From NCBI GenBank assembly GCA_027492205.1, contig JAOZFN010000014.1:1-64000 (forward strand): a stretch of DNA of 64,000 nt, given 5' to 3'. This DNA comes from Thermoproteota archaeon. GTDB lineage: Archaea; Korarchaeota; Korarchaeia; Korarchaeales; Korarchaeaceae. The notes below the pieces were generated by a model. It ran no database searches and had not been told where the DNA came from. It saw only the letters and a list, made by a program, of their open reading frames with translations. This document shows, piece by piece, positions 48,328 through 57,332 of the stretch. The position numbers were made by a program, and so were the translations under genes. Numbering within the stretch: position 1 is the stretch's first letter; the number at the start of each line of letters is the position of its first letter.

Positions 48328-49254
48328 ATGGTCCAGGTCGAGGTGGCCTCTCTCCGGCACGTCTCGGAGATCGTGGAGGTTCACCACTCAGATCTGGGGC
48401 CCCTGAGGGCTTGGACACGAGGGGGCTGGAGAGAGGCCTCCCCGGAGGAGCTTGACCCGTGTCGGTGGGTCCTCAACGGCGGGCCCTGGATGAGTGTGGA
48501 GACTTGTGCGATACACATCAACAACCTCCTTTTGCGCGGTCAAACGCCGATGGTCGCCCTAGAGGGAGATCGAGTTGTCGGGGAGGCCGAGCTTATCGTA
48601 GGAGATGAGGGCTGCAGGAGGGGCCTAGTAGCACACGTGAGCGTGATCCAAGTCCACAGGGACTTCAGGGGCAGGGGCGTCGGAAGGGCGCTCGTGGAGT
48701 CCGCGGTAGAGGCCACGCGGGACCTGGGGGCCCGGACCCTCACGGTCGTGCCGGAGGATGAGGCGAAGGGCTTCTACGGGGCCACGGGGTTCAGACCGGC
48801 TGAGAGGTGGGTGGAGGTCGACGTCTCGCCTGGGGACCTGCCCGACCCCAAGATGGAGGCGGGGCTGGCCTCGCCCGACCTCGAGGACTTCGAGGGGATG
48901 GAGCTGGTGGTGGGCAGGTACCAGAGCGGAGTCGACGTGGCCCTCAGCCTCCTGGAGAGGTTCGCCGGGTGCGACGTGCTGGGGACCGGAAAGTTCTGGA
49001 CAGGCGCCGTCGAGGGCGTGGAATTCATTTCCCATGTGCGGGACGTCCCCTTTCTCGGCGCGAGGATCGTCTACGCCTGGGTCAGGCCGTCGTCCAGGAG
49101 GGAGAGGGAGCTCGAGGCCAGACTGGCGCTCTCCGCGAGCCTGGCGCTGGCCGGCTCTCCGGTGAGGACCCTCGTTCCCGAGGGGCTGGCGGACCAGCTC
49201 AGGGCGGCTCGACGCAGGGTGGTGGAGTTCTGGGCCCGGGAGGTGGCCCCTTGA
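48328..49254 (+). CDS. GNAT acetyltransferase with C-terminal extension
   Basis: VHRDFRGRGVGRAL, AKGFY..TGF. Confidence 0.8.
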   Translation: MVQVEVASLRHVSEIVEVHHSDLGPLRAWTRGGWREASPEELDPCRWVLNGGPWMSVETCAIHINNLLLRGQTPMVALEGDRVVGEAELIVGDEGCRRGLVAHVSVIQVHRDFRGRGVGRALVESAVEATRDLGARTLTVVPEDEAKGFYGATGFRPAERWVEVDVSPGDLPDPKMEAGLASPDLEDFEGMELVVGRYQSGVDVALSLLERFAGCDVLGTGKFWTGAVEGVEFISHVRDVPFLGARIVYAWVRPSSRRERELEARLALSASLALAGSPVRTLVPEGLADQLRAARRRVVEFWAREVAP

Positions 49255-49985
49255 GTGGGACCAAGGTGTATGTGGGGACGTCGGGGTGGTCCTACGACTG
49301 GAACCCCGACGGGCTCGAGTGGTACGCGAGCGCGTCTGGGCTGAACGCCGTAGAGCTCAACGCCAGCTTCTATCGCTTCCCGAGGGCGTCGACTGTGAGG
49401 AGGTGGGCCAGGGTTGGAGGTAGGTTGAGGTGGGCCGTGAAGGTCCACAGGGGCGTCACCCACACCAGAAGGCTCTCCAGATCCTCCTTGGACCTCTGGG
49501 AGAGGTTCAGAGAACTCTTCTCACCGATGGACCACCTCATCGACTTCTACCTGTTTCAGATGCCTCCAAGCTTCTCTAGAACTCCTGAGAACGAGGACAG
49601 GGTGGAGTCTTTCGCCGGGGAATCGGGGCTGGGGCCAAGGATGGCGGTGGAGTTCAGACACCCCAGCTGGTTCTCGGTAGAGGTTGAGGACTGGGCTGTG
49701 GACCTGGGCGTCACGCTCGTCTCCGTGGACGCGCCGGACCTCCCGAGGACTCTGTTCAACACCTCGGGCCGAGTCTACCTCAGGATGCACGGCAGGACTT
49801 GGTGGTATGTCCACCGATACACACGCAACCAGCTGAGAGAGGTGGCCGAGGCTCTGGCCTCTCTCTCAGCAGACGCGATCTACGTGTTCTTCAACAACGA
49901 CCACGACATGTTGGACAATGGGCGGACGATGCTTGCCCTCTTGGGCGGAGAAGCCAAGGGGCAGAGTACTCTCGATTTAGATTGA
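49251..49985 (+). CDS. DUF72 family protein
   Basis: TTG start overlapping the upstream stop; VGTSGWSY, ELNASFY, EFRHPSW, YLRMHGR, FFNND. Confidence 0.9.
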   Translation: MSGTKVYVGTSGWSYDWNPDGLEWYASASGLNAVELNASFYRFPRASTVRRWARVGGRLRWAVKVHRGVTHTRRLSRSSLDLWERFRELFSPMDHLIDFYLFQMPPSFSRTPENEDRVESFAGESGLGPRMAVEFRHPSWFSVEVEDWAVDLGVTLVSVDAPDLPRTLFNTSGRVYLRMHGRTWWYVHRYTRNQLREVAEALASLSADAIYVFFNNDHDMLDNGRTMLALLGGEAKGQSTLDLD

Positions 49986-50121
49986 TGCCAAAACTAGATT
50001 CTGCAGTGGTGCCGATCGCATCAGAGCCCACTCACGCGAGTAGATCCTGCGACGCCCGCCTGCCGGTCGCGGGCAGCCAATCGTTAAAAATTGAGCCGAA
50101 TGAGTCGCCAAGATCGGGCAC

Positions 50122-50736
50122 ATGGCCGACCTCTCGGCGCTACTGCTGCTGGGCGCGCTGAGCCTCCTGGGCGTGATCCTCTACTTGGCGATACACTACA
50201 GCGTCCGGCCAGGAGCGAAGCCCGGGGGGATAGATGATCCTCTCAGGCGAGCATTCCTCAGGTACTCCGTCTTGGCCTCGCTGGTCCTCGTCCTGGGGCA
50301 CGCCTGGGTGGGCGTGGAGGAGATGTTCAGGAGCCTCACAAGGCAGATCAAGCTAGAGCCCGTCTACGTGGCGAACCTGAGGGAGCTGGAGCCCGGGTCG
50401 GCGGTGTCCTTCATGATGCCGGTCGACCCGGACATGCTGCCTGCGGATCACCCCTGCATCCTCATCAGGCTCACGCCGGAGGAGGCCCAGAGGGCCGGGA
50501 GGGAGCTGGTCGCGTACAGCGCCAGGTGCACCCACCTCGGGTGCATAGTGGAGTACCTGGAGACGGACGGCAGAGAGATCTACTGCCCCTGCCACGCTGG
50601 GATATTCGACCCCCTGACGGGGAACCCAATCTCCGGACCCCCGAAGAGGCCGCTCCCGGAGGTACAGCTCAGGGTAGAGGAGGACGGTTCAATCTACGCC
50701 GTGGGGTGGGTGGGGCAAGGTGAGCAGGGCGAGTGA
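50122..50736 (+). CDS. Rieske 2Fe-2S subunit of a Rieske/cytochrome b complex
   Basis: CTHLGC and CPCHAG boxes, GPPKRPL; internal Tat-like RRAFL. Confidence 0.93.
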   Translation: MADLSALLLLGALSLLGVILYLAIHYSVRPGAKPGGIDDPLRRAFLRYSVLASLVLVLGHAWVGVEEMFRSLTRQIKLEPVYVANLRELEPGSAVSFMMPVDPDMLPADHPCILIRLTPEEAQRAGRELVAYSARCTHLGCIVEYLETDGREIYCPCHAGIFDPLTGNPISGPPKRPLPEVQLRVEEDGSIYAVGWVGQGEQGE

Positions 50737-52141
50737 GGGTCCCTCCCTCAGGGAGAGGTGGACGCTCAAGTGGTGGGCCAGGGTGCACGGGGGCTGCAAG
50801 ATCCCCCTGCACGCCCTAAGCCCGCTCAACGGCCTCGGCGGCCTGGCGTTCCTCATGCTCCTGATCGAGGCCGTGACCGGCATCATCCTGGGCATGTACT
50901 ACGAGCCCAGGTTCAACGAGGCCAACCTGGCCTACGAGAGCGTTGTCGCCATCACCGAGAACCTCAAGTACGGCTGGCTCCTCAGGGGAATTCACTACCA
51001 CGCCGCCAACCTGATGATCGTGCTCAGCCTGCTCCACTTCCTGAAGACCTACATCGCCGGCAACTACCGAGAGCCGAAGGGCCTCTGCCACGTGGTCGGC
51101 ATCCTGACCGGCCTCCTGGCCATACTGGCCTCCATCACGGGATACTCGATGAGGGCCGACCACATAGGGGCGGAGGCGATCCTCATCGGCCAGACGCTGG
51201 TGAAGTACATGCCCATGGGGGGCCTGCTCTTCAGGATGGTCTACGGGGTCGGCACCATGGACGACGCCCTCATCAGGTACAACGCCTACCACTACGCCCT
51301 CGGGGCCCTGCTGATAGGGCTTGTCCTCCTCCACGTGTGGTTCAGCCACAGGCACCACGCCGCCCCTCCCATGGACGACGGGCCCTCCATCCCCGCGATG
51401 CCCGTCTTCCCGAACTTCCTGCTGTCCGTCCTGTCGGGGGTGTTCATGGTCCTAGGCGGGTTGGTGCTGCTCAGCGTCGCGTTCCCTCCCCACCTAGGCG
51501 TGAAGTACGTGCCGGGAGAGCCCGTCCCGCCCGGCGTGCCGGAGTGGTACATGGTGGGAGACTACACCCTCATCAAGAGCGGCATAAACCCGGTGATCGC
51601 GGGCATGGTCGTACCGCTCCTGGCCGTGACCCCGATAGCCCTCATGCCCTGGATAGACAGCTCTGGGCCCAGGCACCCCAGGCACAGGAGGTTCGCGATG
51701 ACCTACCTGTCGGTGTTCATGGCCGAGTTCACCCTCATGACCGTGTGGGGTTACCTGACCCCGGGTCAGCAGGTCCTGCTCTCGCAGCAGCTTCCGGCGG
51801 CCCTGGCCGTGGCGGTGCTGGCCGCGATCCCGGCCCACTGCGCCACCAGGCCGAGGGTGGTCAAGTTCGGGGCCCCGGAGGCCAAGAGGGTGGAGAAGAA
51901 GCCGATCCTGCCGTGGAGGAATATAGCATCGTGGGTCATGGCGATGCCAGTCGGCGTGGTGACGGCCCTTCTGGGGTGCCAGGTGGCTCTGGCGCTGCTG
52001 GGGTGGTACTGGAACCACCTGGGACTCCAGCGGCTATACGCAATGTCACTGGGCGCCTCGCTGTTCGCGCTCGGGGTCGTGCTGCTGGTGGCCAAGTCGG
52101 CGCTATTCGATCTCGACATGCTAAGGAGGAGGCCTACGTGA
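50720..52141 (+). CDS. Cytochrome b (unsplit) of a Rieske/cytochrome b complex
   Basis: Heme ligands GIHYH..LLHF and AYHY..LLHV; Qo motif PEWY. Confidence 0.92.
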   Translation: MSRASEGPSLRERWTLKWWARVHGGCKIPLHALSPLNGLGGLAFLMLLIEAVTGIILGMYYEPRFNEANLAYESVVAITENLKYGWLLRGIHYHAANLMIVLSLLHFLKTYIAGNYREPKGLCHVVGILTGLLAILASITGYSMRADHIGAEAILIGQTLVKYMPMGGLLFRMVYGVGTMDDALIRYNAYHYALGALLIGLVLLHVWFSHRHHAAPPMDDGPSIPAMPVFPNFLLSVLSGVFMVLGGLVLLSVAFPPHLGVKYVPGEPVPPGVPEWYMVGDYTLIKSGINPVIAGMVVPLLAVTPIALMPWIDSSGPRHPRHRRFAMTYLSVFMAEFTLMTVWGYLTPGQQVLLSQQLPAALAVAVLAAIPAHCATRPRVVKFGAPEAKRVEKKPILPWRNIASWVMAMPVGVVTALLGCQVALALLGWYWNHLGLQRLYAMSLGASLFALGVVLLVAKSALFDLDMLRRRPT

Positions 52142-52164
52142 ACGTGGCGTGTCGGAAGGGGAAC

Positions 52165-54297
52165 TCAATTCGGTCCCCCGGGAGTAGCCGCCCTGAACCG
52201 CCAGGTGTCGGATCCGTCCGGAACCCTCTGCCAGGTGCGGCCGTCATCCCGAGTGTCCCTCATCAGTATGGTGAAGTCGACGAGCTTCCCCCTGCTGTCT
52301 ATAAGCTGGACGCACTCATTTCTGTTGTCCAGCCACCTGCCAGAGGGGAGGAAGACGTAGTACGGCTGCCACGGCCAGATTATCGCGAACGGAATCTCCC
52401 GCTCCGCCGGCTCTCCGTGGAGCGCCACGACCCTCCACCCCCGGATGATGACCGGGTACCAGTTTGGATTGTACAGCTCCACCCACTCACCGTCCGCGTC
52501 CCCCCCTTCTGGGTTGAGCTCCACCTCGTTCACGTACACCAGGTGACTCGGCCTCTGCACGACGGCGTACATCCTCCACGCCGCGGTCCCCGACTCTGTG
52601 TCTCCGTCGGTGAAGTGTATCAGGAGGGCCCCCTCGTGAGTCCCGGGGGACGCCGAACCGGCCTCTATCCTGAACGTCACGGCGGCATATCCTCCCGGGG
52701 CTATGGTGGCCTCTCCCACCTTTCCGGCATCCCTCCTCCAGACGAGGGTACCGCCCACCCTCACCTTGTAGATCAGGTCGACCATCTCGCCTGTCGGCTC
52801 GGCCCAGACGTACTGGGTCTCGTCGTCGTAATTCACAAGAACCACTATTCCGTTCCTCACGCTGACCTCGCCCTGTCCAACTATCCCGAGGTCGATTAGT
52901 ATCTGACCGTCGGTGACGTTGCTCCAGTACCGGTCGCCCGTGGCCACGTTGGCCCCCCCTGGGAGGACTATTGAGACCCGCCCTGAGAGTCCCCAGACGC
53001 CATACTCGCTCGCGCTCGCGTACCCTGAGGAGGCCAGCAGTGAGAGGGCGACCAGAGCGACCGCCGCTAGCTTCACTTCCCCCGCCAGCCTCAGCTCCGA
53101 CCTGACCCTGGGATGAGCCCGCCTCCCAGTCATCTCCTCGAGATCTCTCACTATCTCTGCGAGAGTTATCACCTCTTCGTCGCTGAGCCTTCCCCTCGCC
53201 GCCGCAAATCGCCTGGGCAGCTCCTCAAGCATCTGCTCCAGGACGTCTCCCTTTTCCCTGTAGAGGAGCAAGAAGACAACGGGAAGAGCGGAGATAAGTG
53301 CTACGACTAGCGAGTTACCAAAGATTATTCCCGCGAGGGGGTCTAGGTGGGAGAGTCTCTCGAGGGTCGAGTCCGGCAGGATCATGCCGAAGGTGACGCT
53401 CCATATGTGGATCTTCCCACCGAGTTTGACCACACCCTCACTCTGAGGGGCCAGAACGGGCACCCTGAGTTCCACCCTCCCCCCGGCCGGGACGCTGACC
53501 ACCCGCGCGGGCAGCTCTACCATATCCCAAAGCTCTCCCTCCGGGCTCAGTACGGCGGTCGTCGGAAGCATTCCGTCGTTTTCTACCGTTATAGTGAGGT
53601 TCGCCGACCCGCCCGGGGGAAGCGCCACGCTGGTGCCCATCCCCACGGACTCTCTGAGCCTCGGATCCACAATAACCGTGAACCCGACGACGTCGCTGTT
53701 CATCACCCCGAGGATCCCCATCATGACCATCGCCACGAGGACTGCCATCAGCACGCCCGCACGGCCTCCCCTCTCCTTCCTCTCGAGGATTGAGGGTCCG
53801 ATCAGCAGTCCCATGACCACAGCGGATGTCGCGAACAGGCCCGCCGGGTTCGTGAGCACAGACCTCAGCCCGGGACCCAGGTAGATGGCCAGGTAGCCCA
53901 CCCTAGGTACCTTGATCGGCCGACCGCCGAGCGAAAGGGCCCTCCCCCTGACCTGAGAGATGGGGGTGTACTCCACTCCGCATGCCTCCTGATCCGTCAG
54001 CTCGTTCGCATCGCCCTTCGTTACGATACCCTGGTGCGTCACTTCGACGACCCTGTGGAGGACCTCGTACCCGTTGCAGATCCTGACAAGCACTATGTCC
54101 CCCACCTCGACGCCCTTAATGGGCCAGACCACCACCAGGTCTCCCCTCTGAAGGGTGGGCCTCATGGACCCCGAGGTAACGACGCGGAGGGGGTACGGAA
54201 CGCCCAGGAAGGTGGAGGCGATGAAAAACAGAGAGAGGGCGAGCGCGCTCAGGAGGGCCGCATCAGCAGCCACCCTCAGAGCGCGCCGCCAGGTCAT
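52165..54297 (-). CDS. SipW/S26B-type signal peptidase fused to an Ig-like domain, a fibre-subunit-like domain and a lamin-tail domain
   Basis: SGSMRPTL..GD, VLHRV, TKGDAN..D (Ser/His type); five hydrophobic segments; C-terminal VYVNEVELNP...EWVELYNP...WLDN...TPGGPN. Confidence 0.88.
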   Translation of the reverse strand: MTWRRALRVAADAALLSALALSLFFIASTFLGVPYPLRVVTSGSMRPTLQRGDLVVVWPIKGVEVGDIVLVRICNGYEVLHRVVEVTHQGIVTKGDANELTDQEACGVEYTPISQVRGRALSLGGRPIKVPRVGYLAIYLGPGLRSVLTNPAGLFATSAVVMGLLIGPSILERKERGGRAGVLMAVLVAMVMMGILGVMNSDVVGFTVIVDPRLRESVGMGTSVALPPGGSANLTITVENDGMLPTTAVLSPEGELWDMVELPARVVSVPAGGRVELRVPVLAPQSEGVVKLGGKIHIWSVTFGMILPDSTLERLSHLDPLAGIIFGNSLVVALISALPVVFLLLYREKGDVLEQMLEELPRRFAAARGRLSDEEVITLAEIVRDLEEMTGRRAHPRVRSELRLAGEVKLAAVALVALSLLASSGYASASEYGVWGLSGRVSIVLPGGANVATGDRYWSNVTDGQILIDLGIVGQGEVSVRNGIVVLVNYDDETQYVWAEPTGEMVDLIYKVRVGGTLVWRRDAGKVGEATIAPGGYAAVTFRIEAGSASPGTHEGALLIHFTDGDTESGTAAWRMYAVVQRPSHLVYVNEVELNPEGGDADGEWVELYNPNWYPVIIRGWRVVALHGEPAEREIPFAIIWPWQPYYVFLPSGRWLDNRNECVQLIDSRGKLVDFTILMRDTRDDGRTWQRVPDGSDTWRFRAATPGGPN

Positions 54298-54331
54298 GAT
54301 GCCCCTCTAGCTAGACCAGCTGGCGACTAGA

Positions 54332-54898
54332 TTAACTCTCCGGACTGCCGGGGCTGGACGGGGTGCCGCTCGCGCCCTGCTCCATGCCCTGCATCTGTAC
54401 CGTGAACGCCTGGTCGGATCCCAGCGGGGCCGTCGGGCCTATGCTCAGCATCACCCCGACGGTACCAGTCTCATCGCTGTCAAGTGTGAGCGGGTCGCTC
54501 TGGGTTATCTGGGTCCACGAGCTCCCGGTCCACTTGTAGAACGTCAGGCTCACCCCGCTGGGGAGCCCACTCGTCTCGAACCAGAAGACCCACGTCTCGT
54601 CGTCGTAGTTGGTCACGTTGAAGGCAGCCATGGCCTTGAAGGTCATCCCCCTCGCCCAGGGACCGAAGTCGCACTCGATCATGCTGGAAGAGTTGACGTA
54701 GCAGACGTTGTGGGCCGAGGCGCCGGGGCCTTTCACCGTGTCCAGGCCGGGTATTATCGCAATGTTGGCGCTCTGCGGGGCTACTATGCTGACCCTGGCC
54801 CCGATGCCCGCCTGCATGTACTCGTAGGCCCTGACTCCCACCGAGAGCGTTAGCATCAGGAAGGTGAGGGCCAGCGCGGCCCTTCTCCAGTTGGCCAT
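54332..54898 (-). CDS. Secreted beta-rich protein, putative TasA/DUF1102-like fibre subunit
   Basis: Signal peptide MANWRRAALALTFLMLTLSVGVRA, no C-terminal anchor, immediately upstream of the SipW-like peptidase; FNVTN motif. Confidence 0.7.
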   Translation of the reverse strand: MANWRRAALALTFLMLTLSVGVRAYEYMQAGIGARVSIVAPQSANIAIIPGLDTVKGPGASAHNVCYVNSSSMIECDFGPWARGMTFKAMAAFNVTNYDDETWVFWFETSGLPSGVSLTFYKWTGSSWTQITQSDPLTLDSDETGTVGVMLSIGPTAPLGSDQAFTVQMQGMEQGASGTPSSPGSPES

Positions 54899-54934
54899 GG
54901 CCAACACCGCTATACTGTTTAGCCCACCTCCTCT

Positions 54935-55113
54935 ATTAATGTTGGCACCTCTGCTTCTATTGCAAGCAATTGACTTGAAATTCATGCGATATACCGGGCA
55001 TTCTCCCCCATGGAGATATGTTTGAACAATATCTTTAATTTCCTCCGATTGATTTTCATTTTCTCTCATATTAATCAAAACATCTTTCATAAATTGGGTA
55101 TTAAAGTTTACTG
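54935..55113. promoter_or_regulatory. AT-rich divergent promoter region
   Basis: Strong AT island between the fibre operon and the hydrolase; imperfect inverted repeat AGATATGTT..AACAATATCT near 55014-55034. Confidence 0.55.
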
Positions 55114-55408
55114 CGTGCGGATCTGCAGGAGGCGAAGCTCAGGAGTGAGAAGAGTTACGGAGGTTCGCTTCCCAACTCGGGGAGCCTTGGAAATCGCCTC
55201 AGCCTGTACGTCTTCTCTATCCTGGGCTCTGACCGATCCCCTCTCGCCAAGAATCTCAGATAGGGACTTCAACTCGGTGTAGGAGGAGAAGAGGGCGCGG
55301 GAAAACGTGGTGGAGAATCGTTCAAAGGACTAGACCTCTCATACCCTTCCTCTCGGGCGAGTACGGCAGAGGTAATTAAAATACCGAATGTGTGCTTAAG
55401 AGTTTAAG

Positions 55409-57274
55409 ATGAGGCCCACTGGGCGGGCGGCGGACAGGGTGGTGATCCGCCGCCCCATCGTCTTTCTCCTCCTCTCAGGGCTGATGCTCCCAAACGCTCT
55501 CGCGGCCGCCGGAGGTCCACACTCTGGCCGAGTTGTGGTCGGCTGGCGACCCAGAAAGCTCCTCTTCTATTACGGATACCCCAGTCTGTTCAACGGGGCC
55601 GGCGGGAATCTGGAGCGGGCTGCCGCCCAGTTCGACCGCTACGACATCGTGGTCCTAGGGGCCGGCCTCGAGGACCCGGCCCACCCCCAGCACCAGGCCG
55701 CTTCAGCGGTCATAGGACTGAGCGAGGCGCAGTTCTATGGGTACGTCCCGCTTACGCTGCCGATCGGAGAAGTCTGCGAGAGGATAGACGAGTGGGCCGA
55801 CATGGGGGTCGCGGGGGTGTTCCTCGACGAGGGCGGGTACGACTACCTTGCGCCGAGGCTGGGGGGCATCCTGCGGGCCAGGATGCACCAGGTCGAGGCC
55901 GTCCGGTGTGCCAGGGAAAGGGGGCTGGCGGAGGCCCTGAACGCCTGGAACCCCGCAGACGTGCTCGCGTCCTCCCACGGGGAGCCCCCCCTACCGCTCG
56001 GGGAGGGAGACGCGGTGCTGATCGAGAGCTTCGTCTACGGCGCGGGGGAGACTAGGGAGGAGTACCTCTGGCACGTCGACGAGTACGCCCGAATGAAGGT
56101 GAGTGGAGGCCCGGAGTACTGGTGCCTCGTCACCACGGGGGCGGCGAGCGAGCACGAGAACCGACTGGTGGGGTACGACGCCCTGACCTACGCTGGAGAG
56201 ATCTGCGACGCCGTGGCAGTTCAGGAGGACCTTGGGGAGGACTCTACAGTGTTCTACGCGTTCGCCGAGCGGGAGGGAGCGCCCGGATGGCGGAGGATCA
56301 GGGGAATGACGCTGGCCGCCTACTGGGTCGGCGACTTCGACAATCGGACCGAGCTAAGGATCGTGCTGGAGAGGGTCAGGGGCATGTGCCTGAACACGAT
56401 AGCGATTTCTCCCTACTGGGCCACTCCCAACCTGCGATCGACCGAGATAAGGCCGACGGAAGTCACCGTGAGCGACGACGACCTTCGGGCCCTCATCAGG
56501 ATGGCGAAGTCCCTCGGGTTCCGGGTCATGCTGAAGCCCTCCCTGATAGTCGAGACGGGCGAGTGGTTCGCCCTCCTTGATCCGGTGGACAGGGACGCTT
56601 GGTTCGAGTCCTACAGGAGGTTCCTGCTCCACTACGCCGAGATCGCCCAGGAAGAGGGCGTCGAGTATCTGGTGGTGGAGGTGGAGCTCAGCTCGATGGT
56701 CTCAGACGAGAGGTGGTTCGGGCTCATCGACGAGGTTCGGGCCGCGTACTCCGGCCTCATAGGGTACGCCCAGCCGCAGGGTGGGGAGTTCAACCCCCAG
56801 GAGGCCCTGCCCGTGTTCGCGGAGGGGGTCGACTTTATCGGGATAGACGCCTACTACCCCCTGCCCTCGGGGAACCTCTCCGAGATCGCGGGGGCCTGGA
56901 GGGAGATTCACCTGAGGAGGATAGAGCCGCTCGGGCTCCTGTTCGGGAAGCCCGTGGTGTTCACCGAGATAGGCTACAGGAGCGTGGTCGGGGCCGCAGA
57001 TGCCCCGTGGGACTGGCGGTCCGACCTGCCGATGAGCGAGGAGGAGCAGGCCCTCCTCTGGAGGGCCTTCCTGGTGGCCGAGGAGCCGCTCGTAGACGGG
57101 TTCGTCTACTGGGCCGAGACGAGCGGCGAGTGGGACCCGTCTACCGACAAGGGATACTCGATCCTCTACAAGGAGGCTGAGCTGGTTGTGAGGGGGGCGG
57201 CGTGCGGGGGACAGAGACCTCGAGGCAGACCGAGTGTGTACAAATCGAGGTCTTTCGGGTTGTTCCCGCTCTAG
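55409..57274 (+). CDS. Secreted tandem glycoside hydrolase: N-terminal TIM barrel (GH114/GH135-like) + GH113-like domain
   Basis: Signal peptide; GVAGVFLDEGGYDY..NAWNP; then RVMLKP, WFESY..FLLHYA, VDFIGIDAYYPL, KPVVFTEIGYRS. Confidence 0.75.
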   Translation: MRPTGRAADRVVIRRPIVFLLLSGLMLPNALAAAGGPHSGRVVVGWRPRKLLFYYGYPSLFNGAGGNLERAAAQFDRYDIVVLGAGLEDPAHPQHQAASAVIGLSEAQFYGYVPLTLPIGEVCERIDEWADMGVAGVFLDEGGYDYLAPRLGGILRARMHQVEAVRCARERGLAEALNAWNPADVLASSHGEPPLPLGEGDAVLIESFVYGAGETREEYLWHVDEYARMKVSGGPEYWCLVTTGAASEHENRLVGYDALTYAGEICDAVAVQEDLGEDSTVFYAFAEREGAPGWRRIRGMTLAAYWVGDFDNRTELRIVLERVRGMCLNTIAISPYWATPNLRSTEIRPTEVTVSDDDLRALIRMAKSLGFRVMLKPSLIVETGEWFALLDPVDRDAWFESYRRFLLHYAEIAQEEGVEYLVVEVELSSMVSDERWFGLIDEVRAAYSGLIGYAQPQGGEFNPQEALPVFAEGVDFIGIDAYYPLPSGNLSEIAGAWREIHLRRIEPLGLLFGKPVVFTEIGYRSVVGAADAPWDWRSDLPMSEEEQALLWRAFLVAEEPLVDGFVYWAETSGEWDPSTDKGYSILYKEAELVVRGAACGGQRPRGRPSVYKSRSFGLFPL

Positions 57275-57332
57275 GCCCAATCTCAAGCCTGGTCCCGGTG
57301 GATCGGCCGCCGGAGAATCAGGGGGGCCTTCC

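Noticed and set aside
54935-55113. Replication origin (also considered for 41986-42115)
   Set aside because: No ORB/G-string motifs or cdc6/orc1 nearby; better explained as promoters.
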